Shown in pieces: positions 14,709-29,436 of a stretch of DNA of 64,000 nt (the stretch's first letter is position 1; every line of letters begins with the position of its first letter). This DNA is from Eledone cirrhosa (Eukaryota), in contig OZ024741.1 in assembly GCA_964016885.1 (NCBI GenBank), positions 321,098,001 to 321,162,000 of the forward strand, written 5' to 3'. The notes under the pieces are model-generated. The model saw only the letters and a program-made list of their open reading frames with translations. It ran no database searches and had not been told where the DNA came from. Position numbers and translations under genes: made by a program.

Positions 14709-16046
14709 CATATATATACACTTTAGATTATTAAACCTTGTTAATGGCCACTTGTTTCCGTCTTAACGATAGAAATTAGTTTCAAGATGGTTAATGTGGT
14801 GATATCGGAAGAGTTTCCTATACATAGCTGTAGCAAACTTCCTGTTTTAGATGATGAGAAAGAACACATATCGTTTTGTCTATGAGGAGCAACATTGCCC
14901 AACTCGCAGCTCCAATGTTTACATCATTATCATCACTAACAACAACAACAAAACCAACAACACAAAACTGACCAAGAATGGCAATGTTAAGAATAAAAGC
15001 GATAAAAACAATGTAAAGAGCTGCGACAATTTCTTTAACAACAACTGATACTACAATGACAACGACGACGGTTATGAGGTTACAAAAATTACAAAAAACA
15101 AGAGCAGTAATTAAGAAGACGACATCGAGGCAATGGAAGTGGGACATGTAATAGTCAACAGAGATCAAGGAATATTACTTTTAAAAAGAATTATGTGAAT
15201 AGTGTAGGGGAAAAGCAATTACATTTATATGTAAATCCAATAAGATCAGATCATTTTAAAACACGCGCAAAGGAGATTTTAAAGATATTATTGGAAAATG
15301 TATATGAGATATATACCATGTAAAAGATGGAGGTCTTTTTTTCATTACTAAATGTAATTTTTCACGCGTTGACACAGGTGAGAAAAAATGCATTATATCT
15401 CTGAGCAGAATATATTCTACGTGTTTATTTCAGTTCTTACAGTGGCAGAATTTATTTCACTGAATTTTGTAAAAAATAGAAAAAAAATCGTTTCTATTGA
15501 CCCTTGACATTTAGAGTTTGAAAAACATACATAGTTTAGTTATTAGATTTGGAAAGGGTTGTTTGGAATGGAAAGAATATATATGTTTTCTGATTCTAAA
15601 TTTTGAAAATGGATGAGAATATTGTGATGTGGTTAATGAATCCAAAAAGAATCATTGGATATGATGATGTATTGCCGCTTGGTTAATGAGGCTCTGAACG
15701 CCTATTACAGATGAAAAGACATGTCTTCTGCTCCACGAATTTTTTCACAATCACACATTCTAAAATGAGAATTTTAAGAAATATATCGACTTCTTCTTCA
15801 CTTCGATAACCAGCAATTCACAGAGGAGTGTGTTAAATGAAGCAATCAAAGCAGAAACAATAAATTCACATTGTCCATCTATATCATGTGTAGATGTTAT
15901 TGTACCACCGAAGGTGACAACTTACGATCAGTTTCCGACTATTTAATTGTCCCGACAACCAATCACTATTTCTTATATATATATACGTGTGCGTGTACAT
16001 ATATATAAATAATATACATGTATATATGTATGTATACACACACATA

Positions 16047-17173
<1,127 letters not shown>

Positions 17174-17297
17174 TATATATATATATATATTGCACCTGAG
17201 CACTGTACACAAAAATGTTCATTATTATCACCATTATTATCTTTATTATTATTATTATTGTTAAATTAGTCTTGCCATTGTCCACTTTTACTCGACA

Positions 17298-17620
17298 AGA
17301 GAGCACTTGCCCTGGTGGTCAGGGTCACCGTGGCTTTTTTAATGGGCTTTCTCGACGATGGCCCTCGGAAGTCTCCCCGCTGTTGGAGAATTTTTTCGTT
17401 GTTCCTTTTTTGTTACATCCTCTGTTTTTTTTTTTTTTACACGCAGAAATGCCCATTTGTACCGTCCTGTATTGTCCTGTCCTGTCCTGTAGTGTCCTTA
17501 ATGTGTAAACCCATGTGTAAACCCATGTGGTTAATAAAGAAAGCATTATTGTAAACACCCACTGTCTCTGTCTTTGTATTGTCCCCTACATGTCGCCCCT
17601 TGTGGCCAATAAATGAAATC
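17298..17620 (+). mobile_element. Two stacked 3'-UTR-only Tx1 insertions
   Basis: 17298-17545 matches the 3' UTR of copies A and B. 17550-17620 matches the ..TTGTATTGTC..CCCTTGTGGCCAATAAATGAAATC end also seen at 53515-53570 and, on the minus strand, at 3615-3670. Confidence 0.8.
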
Positions 17621-17855
17621 ATTATTATTATTATTATTATTGAATGCTATGGTTGACGGAGGCTCGGCTCTGTAAGGTATTGTAAATTTTGACCGCTATA
17701 ACAATTGTAAATTGTTTAAAACTTTAACCAAATTGTAGACAAAAACACCCTCCTCCTCGTGAGAGGGGTCTTTCTGTCCGTTATTTGGCCCTTCGGGGTT
17801 AAATAACCGCTTATTGGGGGTTTGTGCCCAATATTTATTTTAAACAAAAAAAAAC

Positions 17856-20030
17856 ATGTCTACGAAAAAGAATTTTCACAAGTCACTCCCACTCATTCCG
17901 TCTTCTTCATTCTCAATCGTCACTACAGCAGAGAGAAGATTGTCTCTCTCCCTCCCTTCTCTAAATGTGTATCTCTCCCTCCCTTCTTTAAATGTGTACC
18001 TCTCCCTCCCTTCTCTTTCGCAAGCGACGCCAGTAAAGAAAAGTCACGTGGAAAGCATGGAACATTTCTCCACGACGACGACAACGACGGAAAAGGTGTG
18101 CGGTAAATACGAAAACCCATTTCATTCGTCTGACGTCATGAATAATAGCAGTAGCAGCCGTAATAACAGCAGCAGCAGCAACAGTGACAAGGAAAACAAC
18201 AGTAGCAGCCGAAACAGCATCAGCAGCAGCATAAACAACAACAGCATTAGCAGCAACAGCAACAACAACAGCAGCAGCAGCAACAACAACAACAACCACA
18301 GCAACAGCGGCGGCGGCAGTAGTCGTAGTACCTGCAGCAACAACAAAAGTAACAGCAGCTCTAACGACAACAACAACAACAACAACAACAACAACAGCAG
18401 CAAAGAAAAACCAATCTCGTTTGCATGTATCGCAAAGAACCTGGAAACCATCCTCATAACAGATGAGGAATTACAGGAAGCGAAGAAGATGGTGACGAAA
18501 ACTGGACACCGATCAATCTGCAAGGCAGCCGAAAAATTTTTCGAAACCCAACAGCACTGTACGGTAACGTACCGTACAGTAAGCACAAAATCCCATAGGG
18601 TTGAAAGAGCCACAGAGGCTCAAATACAAAAAGCCTTAGGGTTTGTGTGGCAGCGGAAAACGCATATCACCCGAGGCAAGAAATATGCCACCGTAGATGT
18701 GCTTTTTGCCACACCCCAGGAGGCAAAGGCTCAATCCTTAGTGACCCTAAGGAGCGAGGAAATGGTGTTGGTGCCCTCCTACTGCGGGCAAAAAAAGGTG
18801 AGGGTCAAACTGACCCACGTCACCCCCGGGATGGCCCCTTCTTGGCTGGCCGCGTCTGTCCTCGTCGGAATCGGACAAAACAACTGTACTGCAAGTACAG
18901 AAAAAAGTAAGAGAAGATTGGGACGGCACCTCCATTGAGATGTTAATCCAAACCAACCAGGAGTGCATCGAAACTATCCCGGATGTGATAGACTTCGATA
19001 ACGGCACTCAACTGCCCATAAGTGTTGAGGGCAAACGCCGAAATGCTTTCGCTGTGGATCGAAGACTCACCTCAGGGCCTTCTGCAACGAGAAGACCCTG
19101 AGAAAGGAGAAAACCCCCCTCCTTCCGAAACCGGCTCCACGGCTACCAGCAACAGGACAAGCGGCAACCAGGAACGATAGGTCCGTGGCACCCATACCCA
19201 CGCCACGGAAATCAAGAACAGCAGCAGCAGTGGAAGTATTAACAACAACAACAGTAATACCAAATGCAGCTGCAACAGAGACTCCACTGCAAACATCACC
19301 AACAACAACAAGTGAAAGAGTGGAGCTGGTACTCCTCCCCGACCTCACAGAATCAGACATGCAGTGTGAGGTGGGAGAGGGATGGCAAAATGTCGTAAGA
19401 AGGCACAAACGCAGAAGCAGCGCATCGTCGTCTTCGAAAAGGGAGGAAAGAAATGAAAAAAGGATAAAGGCTACTGCAAAGAGACTCACAGCAGCAACAC
19501 CACCAACACCATCACCACCCACACTAGCACCACCATCACCACCGGTGACAACCCCACCGCCAACAACAACAACACCTTCAACACCACCACCACAAGCGCC
19601 AACATCGCAAACACAACAACAAAACACACACACCCAGCAACAACGACAAGAAAATAGCAGAACCACACCGCACCCCCAGAAAAACAAATGCACAGCAATA
19701 AATACACACAACAAGAAACTAATGACTTACATAATTGAACACACAGACATTTCACAGCACGACTACATAATGCCAGCACCAATCAAAACGCCAACGAACA
19801 TAAGACTGGTAAAAATAGCACAGAAACAATACACAAACATTAAAACGAAATTCTCCAACGCAGTTGGTGATTTCAGAGACTTAGGAGGGACTCTCAACCG
19901 GAGAGTATATTCGGACATACTCATAGAAGAGCCGACAACCAGCCGAAGGGACGATTCAACGGTCCCTTCACCAGACGATCAAGTGAAAAGGGATGGAGAA
20001 ACCATCCTTCCTCTACGAAAAGTACGGTAA
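17856..20030 (+). pseudogene. ORF1 of Tx1 copy A, frameshifted
   Basis: N/S-rich N-terminus, conserved core TVTYRTV...RVERATEAQIQKALG...PSYCGQ, knuckle remnant near 19040-19085, P/T-rich tail. Confidence 0.8.
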
Positions 20031-20065
20031 GTGGTCTTTCCCCTCTTTTCCACTCCATTTTAAAC

Positions 20066-23000
20066 ATGACTTCACTCAGAATAGGCAGCATAAATGCGCG
20101 TGGTTTTGGGTCCTTATGGAAGCGGGGTCACCTGCTCAACGACCTCAGGTCACTAAACATAGATGTAGTGGCCATAGCGAGACCAGAATCTCCGAAGCAC
20201 GGGCCTTCGCACCGATCTTCGGCGGCTACGATGTGTACGCATCTCCCAGCCGTCCTGCATCGGGGGGAGGAGTTGCTGTGCTTTTTCAGGGAGGTTTGGA
20301 TCTCGCCATACGGGCCATCTTCCTGGACCCAGAGGCTAAGTTGGTGGTGCTGGACGTGACCAGCGCAGACGGGCAAGCTTTCAGGTTAGTGGCCGTCTAT
20401 GCCCCGACAGGAGCAGAGCGGCGTGATTTCTTCCAGCGTCTTGAGACCTTTCTTGGAGCGTCCCGCTCTTTAGTGTTAGTGGGTGATTGGAACGGGATCT
20501 TAGATGCACGCTGGGACTGTGTGGGATTAGTGGATAGGGTGGAGGGGGCAAGAGCCTCACCAACCTGCTCAGGCGTTTTGAACTGTCTGACAGATACCGA
20601 TTGGATTTCCCGAATGTGCCAATGTGGACTTGGACAAATCGCATAGGGTCATCCAGATCATATCTAGATAGAGTATTTTGTAGGGAAATAGATAGGTCTA
20701 GCATAGGCTGTCCACAATTCAAGATAGTCAGCTACACGGCCCACAAATTCCTGATCTGTGTTCTTGACTTAGATAGGCTTCATAGACGAGGACCCGGCTA
20801 CTGGAAGCTAAACGCGTTCTTACCAGCGCGCAAGGCCTACAGAGACCGGATTAGCGAACTAGTTAAGCGGGCGTTGACGGGGGCCATCGTCAACAACAAG
20901 TGGTGGTTTGCTCTGAAAAGAGCGATTAGAATAGAATCCATTAGATTTAGTAAGGCTTTAGCAATAGAGAAAAATAGAGCAGAGGGAGAACTAGTTAGAA
21001 AATTAGACGAGGCGCTTAGCAAAGGCATCGCGACCGACGTGCTTGCGGCGAAATTGGCCCTTGACCAATTCTTCGATGCAAAGCACGAAGGCTGCGTTGT
21101 CAGAGCTAGGGTGCGTGCTCTCAGACACGAGGGGACGAAAGCCGTTCAATGGGCCCGAGTGGCGGAGGCGCGTCGTGGCAACAAAGCCACGATCCGGTCT
21201 TTAGTGGACCACGACGGGCGCATGCTACTCGATCCCGGGCAAATGTGTGAAGCTTTTCAGCGACACTTCGCTCAGCTGTTCGGGGGCAGCGGTGGGCCGG
21301 ATCGAGGGATGGACTTTAGTGTCTACCTCGACGGACTGCCGCGGCTCTCAGCCACTGAGGCGGAGTGTGGCGAAAAGCCGATAACAGCCGCTGAAGTACG
21401 GGAGGCAATGACTGGCTGCACAAGGGGTAAATCGCCTGGTTTGGATGGTCTGCCCTATGAACATTACGTACAGATGCCAGACTTGTTCGGAGGCCTCTTG
21501 GCGGACGTCTACTGCAACTGGCAACAGAACGGGAGAATTCCCAGCTCTGTGAGCCGAGGAGCGGTGGCACTGCTGAGAAAGGATCCGAACAAGGAGGATA
21601 ACATAGATAATTTCAGGCCCATAACTCTGCTAAACACAGAGTTCAAGATTTTGGCCAAGGTGCTAGCAAAGAGGTTGGCGCTTGTCGTTGGTGGTCTGGT
21701 GGGAGAGGCGCAGACATGCGCCATTCCCGACAGATCCATCCACGACAACCTCCACCTCATGCGATACATCGTAGAGAGGGTAGCTATGGAACCTGGCACG
21801 GGTGGGTCCTTGATCAATTTAGATCAGTCGAAAGCTTTCGATAGGGTCGACCATCGTTACCTAGCGGCAGTCCTGAGGGCGGCTGGCTTTGGGCCCGTCT
21901 TCAGAGGCTGGATCGCTGCCATGCACAGCGATATCTGCTCTCTGGTGAGAGTGAACGGTCACCTTTCGGAACCGTTCAACATCATGCGCTCGGTCCGCCA
22001 AGGATGTCCCCTCTCGTCCCTCTTGTACGTATTGACTCTCGAGCCATTACTGCACAAACTGGAGACGTTGAGGGGCGTCCCGCGCGAACTAGAATGCGGA
22101 AGATCCGTGTCAGCATATGCGGACGATGTCACCGTAGTGGTGTCGAACGCCAAACACATCGAGGCGATCGGCACTACACTAAGAGAATACGATGCGGTGA
22201 CAGTAGCAATGATCAACCAGGAAAAGTCAATGGGCCTGCAGCTCGGCACCTGGAGAGGCAGGTCCATGCCGTCCAACAGCGTCGTCGGACGCTGGACGGA
22301 CGGACTGGTTAAATTGCTAGGGGTCTGGTTCGGTCCGGACCTCCAGACGGACAAAAACTGGGACGAGGTGACGAGCAGGGTGGCTTCTCTCACCCAGAAA
22401 TGGGCGGAGAGGAAGCTATCCCTGAAAGGTCGAGCGGAGGTGGCTAACGCGTACATCGCGTCTGTCATCTGCTACCGCCTAACCGTCGTACCTTGTCCTA
22501 AGCCTCGCCTGACTGCGCTGGAGCGTTTGCTCTTTCGCTTTTTGTGGAAGGGACGTGCTCCGATGGTCAGGCGGTCCATCTGTTGTCAACACCCGCTACG
22601 TGGAGGGCTGGGCATGCCGTGGCTGATGATGCGCAGGCACGCGCTCAGGCTACGACATCTCCACCTCTTCCTCGACGGTGATCAGGTGTGGTCGCCGTTT
22701 GCTAGACGCGTTTTTCCCCAGCTCGTTTCCTTGACGGAGCTGCAGTCCTGGGTCAAGCGAAGACCGAGAGGGAGCGCCTGGAGACTGGAATGTCTTCAGG
22801 CGCTCACAGCCCTCGACCAATCGGGCAATGTGATCGGTGGAAACTCCACCTCGGCGTTCTATAGAGGATTAGTGGAGGGGAAGAGCGACGACGTACTTGG
22901 GGAAACTCTAGGCGTCGACGAAAATCAACTAGCCAATCTCTTCGGAAGAACTTTCGGGCCGGGGCCTATGGACAACTTCCAGAAATCTCTGGCCTGGCAG

Positions 23001-23483
23001 TGCTACCGAGGAGCCTTGCCAGTTCGGGATAAACTCTACAGGCATGGAGGTGCCGTCAGCCGGGCATGTCCGAGATGCGCGCAGGGCGACGAAACCGTCC
23101 TGCACGCACTCGTCCAGTGTCCGAAAATTGCTGACTTGTGGGTTTATGTCGAACACCTGCTGTCGCGTTTAGGACGGATCCAGCTATCATCTGAGTCTAT
23201 CGTGAGGATTGCCCCGCCCTCCTCCTTTAGCCGGGAAGGGCAGGCAGTTTTTATCTGTCTGGTGGCCATGGCGAAAGAGATAGTATGGTGGACACGTTTG
23301 AAAGGGCTGAAGACGAGCACTTACCTCTTCGGTGATGCTCTGATTGACTTTTTCAAATTTCATTTGAAAAGGAAAATCAGAGTAGAGAAGGAAGTGCTCT
23401 CTTCCCAGCATTTTGTTGAAAGATGGGTGAGAGAAGCAAGAATGGCCCGAGTGAATGGGCCGACTCTGAGTATATATCTGTAA
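20066..23483 (+). pseudogene. ORF2 of Tx1 copy A, frameshifted in the APE domain
   Basis: Starts MTSLRIGSINARG like copy B. Frameshifts near 20175 and 20550 are followed by a 960-aa open remainder nearly identical to copy B. Confidence 0.9.
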
Positions 23484-23744
23484 ACTAAAGGTGGAAAACT
23501 GGGAGAGGGCACTTGCCTTGGTGGTCAGGGTCATTGTGGCTTTTTACTGGGCTTTCTCCACAAATGTCCCTCCGAAGTCTCCCCCCTATTGGGGAATTTT
23601 TCATTGTTATTTTCATTGTTATTTTTGTTACATCCTCTGTTTTTGTTTTTTTTACACGCAGAAATGCCCATTTGTACCGTCCTGCATTGTCCTGCACTGT
23701 CCTTAATGTCTACTTTATGTAAACCCTTGTGGTTAATAAAGAAA

Positions 23745-23788
<44 letters not shown>

Positions 23789-23997
23789 GGCGACCTACGT
23801 AGGAAATCGTATTATCGTGAGCTCCGCAAAGGTTTGTTATTTCCGTTTGTTTAAAAATTGCCATTTATGGAAAATTTTATTGTAAACTGTTTATAAGCAC
23901 ACATACATTGTTTTCCGAAAAGGACACCCAAAAAGATTGGGGCCTTGTGCCCAAAATTTTAACTTTTATTATTATCCAAAAATTTCTTTGAAAAAAA

Positions 23998-25982
23998 ATG
24001 GCTAATTCCCCTCTGCACGAAGCAGCTGAAAGCCTTCCTCACAAAATAACACCTCACACCGACACCACCATTGTAAATGTTACTACGTTTGCCAACACAA
24101 AAAAAAATATAAGCAGTAGCAATATTTTAAATTTGTCTCAGGCAGACATTCATTTCCCGCCATTACCAATGACTGCAGGTGTTAAACCCTCCACCACCAC
24201 CACCACCGCGACAACCACCACCACCACCACCACCGCGACAACAGAAACAAAAGAAGAAAAAAATAAATTAACACGTGACGTCGAAATGAAATCAAGCAAA
24301 ATGGACTCTTCCCCACCAAAGACGACTGACGTCACCACCACAACTGAAAATAAAATTAATATCAACGATAGCAACAACAACAACAATGACATTATAAAAC
24401 CGACCCTCAGTTTCGCCATCGTAGCAAAACAATTCGAAGCGTTCACGGTAACTCAAGAAGATTTAGAAAATGCCAAACAAATGGTAAAGAAAGATGGGTA
24501 CAGGGTCAGCCCCCCCCCCCCCCACCTAATAAAATGGAGCATCGGCGCCTGTGCACCGTGTCGTATAGAACAATAAATGTAAAATCGCGCCGAGTGGAAC
24601 GGGCATCCGAGTCCCAAATCCAAAAAGCTTTGGGACATGTGTGGGCAAGAAAAACCCACATCAGACGTGGGCAAAAGTATGGAACCGTGGATGTGTTCTT
24701 TGAAACACCAGAGGAGGCTAGAGAACACTCCATGGCCTCATTAAAAAGTGACGACCTCACACTCGTCCCAAGCTATTGTGGCCAGAGACTCGTAAAGATC
24801 AGGGTGACCCACGTTCCACCGGCCATCGAAATTCCCTGGCTAATAGCGGCTGTCCTCACCGGCATCGAAGCCAACACGAAAATAATAGCAGTAGCAAAAG
24901 AAAAGCAGGAAAACTGGTCCGGATCTGGGATGGAGCTCCTGATCCAAGCGGACCAAAAAAGCATTGAGGAGATCCCAGAGGTAATAGACCTCACTGACGG
25001 CAGCCACCTCACGGTAATTGTCGAGGGCAGAAGACCTAGGTGTGTCGTTTGTGGTGAAGGAACCCACCTAAGGGCTTTCTGCCCTCAGGCTAAAAGGTTG
25101 AGGCCACCTCTCCTACCCACCCCAGTGACAAAACCATCAACACCACCAGTAGCAGAGATGGCAGCAACAACTGTAGCAGCAACAACAGAAGCAACTATAA
25201 CAGCAACAACCCCAGCAACAGTAGCAAAACCAACACCACTACCACCACCAGCAAAACCAACACCACCACCACCCAACGCTTCAGAACTAGCACCAGCGCC
25301 TACACCATCCACCACACCACAACCAAAACTAACGGCTGTGGAGGATTTTCCACTCCCCGGCCTATCATAACTGGAGACAGATTGTGACGACGAGGAGTGG
25401 GAAACGATATCCGGAAAAAAAAAAAGAAACCAAAAAAGAAAAAATTCTCTTCCTTCCCCCTCCAAAAACAAAATACAGAGGGAAACAAATAAACTAAGAA
25501 ACAAAAAAGTTAGGACAGATATGCCACCATCCACACCAGCATCACCAACCCCATCAACCCAAACACCAACACCATCACCATCATTATCCCCAGCACCACC
25601 ATCACCTACACCACAAAAGTCACCAAAATTCGAAACAGAAACAAACCCACAACAAACGCAAACAAAACAAAACAACCAAAACGATACACACTACACAGCA
25701 TTAAATTTGAACAACAAGCAATTATTACACTACATCCAACACAACACCAGCATCACAGAAAAAGACTACACAACAACCCCAAAATTCACACCACCTCCAC
25801 ACATACAAATCACTCGCATCACACAGAAAACGTACATGACGCTAAAACAAAAATTCCCCAAAGACATCGGAGACTTCCGACAAGCACTCTCCAGGAGGAT
25901 TTATAAGGACATCCTTCCCGAGGAGGCCACAAGCAGTGAAAAGGATGGAAAAGCCGTCCTTCCCCTACGAGAAGTAAGGTAA
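23998..25982 (+). pseudogene. ORF1 (gag-like, CCHC zinc knuckle) of Tx1 copy B, broken
   Basis: Pieces at 23998-24576, 24534-25370 and 25521-25982. Knuckle CVVCGEGTHLRAFC. Breaks lie at a poly-C run (~24510), a TAA (25368) and a poly-A run (~25415), so some may be assembly errors. Confidence 0.8.
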
Positions 25983-26016
25983 GTGGTCTTTCCCATCTTT
26001 TCCACTCCTTTTCAAC

Positions 26017-29000
26017 ATGACCTCACTCAGAATAGGCAGCATAAATGCGCGTGGCTTGGGGTCGTCATGGAAGCAGAGCCACCTGCTCAACGACCTCAGG
26101 TCACTAAACATAGATGTAGTGGCCATCAGCGAGACCAGAATCTCCGAAGCACAGGCTTTCGCACCGATCTTCGGCGGCTACGATGTGTACGCATCTCCCA
26201 GCCGTCCGGGATCGGGGGGAGGAGTTGCTGTGCTTTTTCGGAGAGGTTTGGATCTTGCCATACGGGCCATCTTCCTGGACCCAGAAGGTAAGTTGGTGGT
26301 GCTGGACGTGACCAGCGGAGACGGGCAAGCTTTCAGGTTAGTGGCCGTCTATGCCCCGACAGGAGCAGGGCGGCCTGATTTCTTCCGGCGTCTGGAGACC
26401 TTTCTTGGAACGTCCCGCTCTTTAGTGTTAGTGGGCGACTGGAACGGGATCTTAGATGCACGCTGGGATTGTGTGGGATTAGTGGATAGGGAAGGAGGGT
26501 GCAAGAGTCTCACCAACCTGCTCAGACGTTTTGAACTGTCTGACAGGTACCGAATGGATTTCCCGAATGTACCAATGTGGACTTGGACAAATCGCATAGG
26601 GTCATCCAGATCATATCTAGATAGAGTATTTTGTAGGGAAATAGATAGGTCTAGCATAGGCTGTCCACAATTCAAGATAGTCAGCTACACGGACCACAAA
26701 TTCGTGATCTGTGTGCTTGACTTAGATAGGCTTCATAGACGAGGACCCGGCTACTGGAAGTTAAACGCGTCTTTACCAGCGCGCAAGGCCTACAGAGACC
26801 GGATTAGCGAACTAGTTAAGCGGGCGTTGACGGGGGCCATCGTCAACAACAAGTGGTGGTTTGCTCTGAAAAGAGCAATTAGAATAGAGTCCATTAGGTT
26901 TAGTAAGACTTTAGCAATAGAGAAAAATAGAGCAGAGGGAGAATTAGTTAGAAAATTAGACGAGGCGCTTAGCAAAGGCATCGCGACCGACGTGCTTGCG
27001 GCGAAATTGGCCCTTGACCAATTCTTCGATGCAAAGCACGAAGGCTGCGTTGTCAGAGCTAGGGTGCGTGCTCTCAGACACGAGGGGACGAAAGCCGTTC
27101 AATGGGCGCGAGTGGCGGAGGCGCGTCGTGGAAACAAAGCCACGATCCGGTCTTTGGTGGACCACGACGGGCGCATGCTACTCGATCCCGGGCAAATGTG
27201 TGAAGCTTTTCAGCGACACTTCGCTCAACTGTTCGGGGGCAGTGGCGGGCCGGATCGAGGGATGGACTTTAGTGTCTACCTCGACGGACTGCCGCGGCTT
27301 TCGGCCACTGAGGCGGAGTGTTGCGAAAAGCCGATAACAACCGCTGAAGTACGGGATGCAATGACTAGTTGCACAAGGGGTAAATCGCCTGGTTTGGATG
27401 GTCTGCCCTATGAACTTTACGTACAAATGCCAAACTTGTTCGGAGGCCTCTTGGCGGACGTCTACTGCAACTGGCAACAGAACGGGAGAATTCCCAGCTC
27501 TGTGAGCCGAGGAGCGGTGGCGCTGCTGAGAAAGGATCCGAACAAGAGGGATAACATAGATAATTTTAGGCCCATAACTCTGCTAAACACAGAGTTCAAG
27601 ATTTTGGCCAAGGTGCTAGCAAAGAGGTTGGCGCTTGTCGTTGGTGGTCTGGTGGGAGAGGCACAGACATGCGCCATTCCCGACAGATCCATCCACGACA
27701 ACCTCCACCTCATGCGATACATCGTAGAGAGGGTAGCTAGGGAACCTGGCACGGGTGGGTCTTTGATCAATTCAGATCAGTCGAAAGCCTTCGATAGGGT
27801 CGACCATCGTTGCCTAGCGGCAGTCCTGAGGGCGGCTGGCTTTGGGCCCGTCTTCAGAGGCTGGATCGCTGCCATGCACAGCGACATCTGCTCTGTAGTG
27901 AGAGTGAACGGTCACCTTTCGGAACCGTTCAACATCATGCGCTCGGTCCGCCAAGGATGTCCCCTCTCGTCCCTATTGTACGTATTGACTCTCGAGACAT
28001 TACTGCACAAACTGGAGACGTTGAGGGGCGTCCCGCGCGAACTAGGATGCGGAAGATCCGTGTCAGCATATGCCGACGATGTCACCGTAGTGGTGTCGAA
28101 CGCCAAACACATCGAGGCGATCGGCACTACACTAAGAGAATACGAAGCGGTGACAGGAGCAATGATCAACCAGGAAAAGTCAGTGGGCCTGCAGCTCGGC
28201 ACCTGGAGAGGCAGGTCCATGCCGTCCAACAGCGTCGTCGGGCGCTGGACGGACGGACCGGTTAAATTGCTAGGGGTCTGGTTCGGTCCAGACCTCCAGA
28301 CGGACAAAAACTGGGACGAGGTGACGAGCAGGGTGGCTTCTCTCACCCAGAAATGGGCCGAGAGGAAGCTATCCCTGAAAGGTCGAGCGGAGGTGGCGAA
28401 TGCGTACATCGCATCCGTCATCTACTACCGCCTGACCGTCGTACCTTGTCCTAAGCCCCGCCTGACTGCGCTGGAGCGATTGCTCTTTCGCTTCTTGTGG
28501 AAGGGACGCGCTCCTATGGTCAGGAGGTCCATCTGCTGTCAACACCCGCTACGTGGAGGGCTGGGCATGCCGTGGCTGATGATGCGCAGACACGCGCTCA
28601 GGCTACGACATCTCCACCTCTTCCTCGACGGTGATCAGGTGTGGTCGCCGTTTGCAAGATACGTTTTTCCCCAGCTCGTCTCCTTGACGGAGCTGCAGTC
28701 CTGGGTCAAGCGAAGACCGAGAGGGAGCGCTTGGAGACTGGAATGTCTTCAGGCGCTCACAGCCCTCGACCAATCGGGCAATGTGATCGGTGGAAACTCC
28801 ACCTTGGCGTTCTATAGGGGATTAGTGGAGGGGAAGAGCGACGACGTACTTGGAGAAACTCTAGGCGTCGACGAAAATCAACTAGCCAATCTCTTCGGAA
28901 GGACTTTCGGGCCGGGGCCTATGGACAACTTCCAGAAATCCCTGGCCTGGCAGTGCTACCGAGGAGCTTTGCCAGTTCGGGATAAACTCTACAGGCATGG

Positions 29001-29436
29001 AGGTGCCGTCAGCCGGGCATGTCCGAGATGCGCGCAGGGCGACGAAACCGTCCTGCACGCACTCGTCCAGTGTCCGAGCATTGCTGACTTGTGGGTTTAT
29101 GTCGAACACCTGCTGTCACGTGTAGGACGGATCCAGCTATCAGCTGAGTCCATCGTGAGGATTGCCCCGCCCCCTTCCTTTAGCCTGGAAGGGCAGGCAG
29201 TTTTTATCTGTCTGGTGGCCATGGCGAAAGAGATAGTATGGTGGACACGTTTGAAAGGGCTGAAGACGAGCACTTACCTCTTCGGTGATGCCCTGATTAA
29301 CTTTTTCAAATTTCATTTGAAAAGGAAAATCAGGGTAGAGAGGGAAGTGCTCTCTTCCCAGCATTTTGTTGAAAGATGGGTGAGAGAAGCAAGTATGGCC
29401 CGAATGAATGGGCCTTCTCTGATAATGTGTCTGTAA
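26017..29436 (+). CDS. ORF2 of Tx1 copy B: APE endonuclease, reverse transcriptase and C-terminal zinc finger
   Basis: 1139-aa open frame. APE motifs SINARGL, ISET, VYAP, GDWN, YLDR, TDH. RT motifs GKSPGLDG, FRPITLLN, DQSKAFDRV, RQGCPLS, YADD, LLGV. Zinc finger CPRC...ETVLHALVQC. Confidence 0.95.
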   Translation: MTSLRIGSINARGLGSSWKQSHLLNDLRSLNIDVVAISETRISEAQAFAPIFGGYDVYASPSRPGSGGGVAVLFRRGLDLAIRAIFLDPEGKLVVLDVTSGDGQAFRLVAVYAPTGAGRPDFFRRLETFLGTSRSLVLVGDWNGILDARWDCVGLVDREGGCKSLTNLLRRFELSDRYRMDFPNVPMWTWTNRIGSSRSYLDRVFCREIDRSSIGCPQFKIVSYTDHKFVICVLDLDRLHRRGPGYWKLNASLPARKAYRDRISELVKRALTGAIVNNKWWFALKRAIRIESIRFSKTLAIEKNRAEGELVRKLDEALSKGIATDVLAAKLALDQFFDAKHEGCVVRARVRALRHEGTKAVQWARVAEARRGNKATIRSLVDHDGRMLLDPGQMCEAFQRHFAQLFGGSGGPDRGMDFSVYLDGLPRLSATEAECCEKPITTAEVRDAMTSCTRGKSPGLDGLPYELYVQMPNLFGGLLADVYCNWQQNGRIPSSVSRGAVALLRKDPNKRDNIDNFRPITLLNTEFKILAKVLAKRLALVVGGLVGEAQTCAIPDRSIHDNLHLMRYIVERVAREPGTGGSLINSDQSKAFDRVDHRCLAAVLRAAGFGPVFRGWIAAMHSDICSVVRVNGHLSEPFNIMRSVRQGCPLSSLLYVLTLETLLHKLETLRGVPRELGCGRSVSAYADDVTVVVSNAKHIEAIGTTLREYEAVTGAMINQEKSVGLQLGTWRGRSMPSNSVVGRWTDGPVKLLGVWFGPDLQTDKNWDEVTSRVASLTQKWAERKLSLKGRAEVANAYIASVIYYRLTVVPCPKPRLTALERLLFRFLWKGRAPMVRRSICCQHPLRGGLGMPWLMMRRHALRLRHLHLFLDGDQVWSPFARYVFPQLVSLTELQSWVKRRPRGSAWRLECLQALTALDQSGNVIGGNSTLAFYRGLVEGKSDDVLGETLGVDENQLANLFGRTFGPGPMDNFQKSLAWQCYRGALPVRDKLYRHGGAVSRACPRCAQGDETVLHALVQCPSIADLWVYVEHLLSRVGRIQLSAESIVRIAPPPSFSLEGQAVFICLVAMAKEIVWWTRLKGLKTSTYLFGDALINFFKFHLKRKIRVEREVLSSQHFVERWVREASMARMNGPSLIMCL

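Larger units (their letters stand above)
17642..23746 (+). mobile_element. Near full-length Tx1/L1-clade element (copy A)
   Basis: ORF1 pieces at 17856-20030, frameshifted ORF2 at 20066-23483, and a 3' UTR. Flanked by (ATT)n. Confidence 0.92.

Noticed and set aside
21959-28421. Antisense ORFs conserved in both Tx1 copies
   Set aside because: Expected shadows of a GC-rich ORF2 in near-identical copies.
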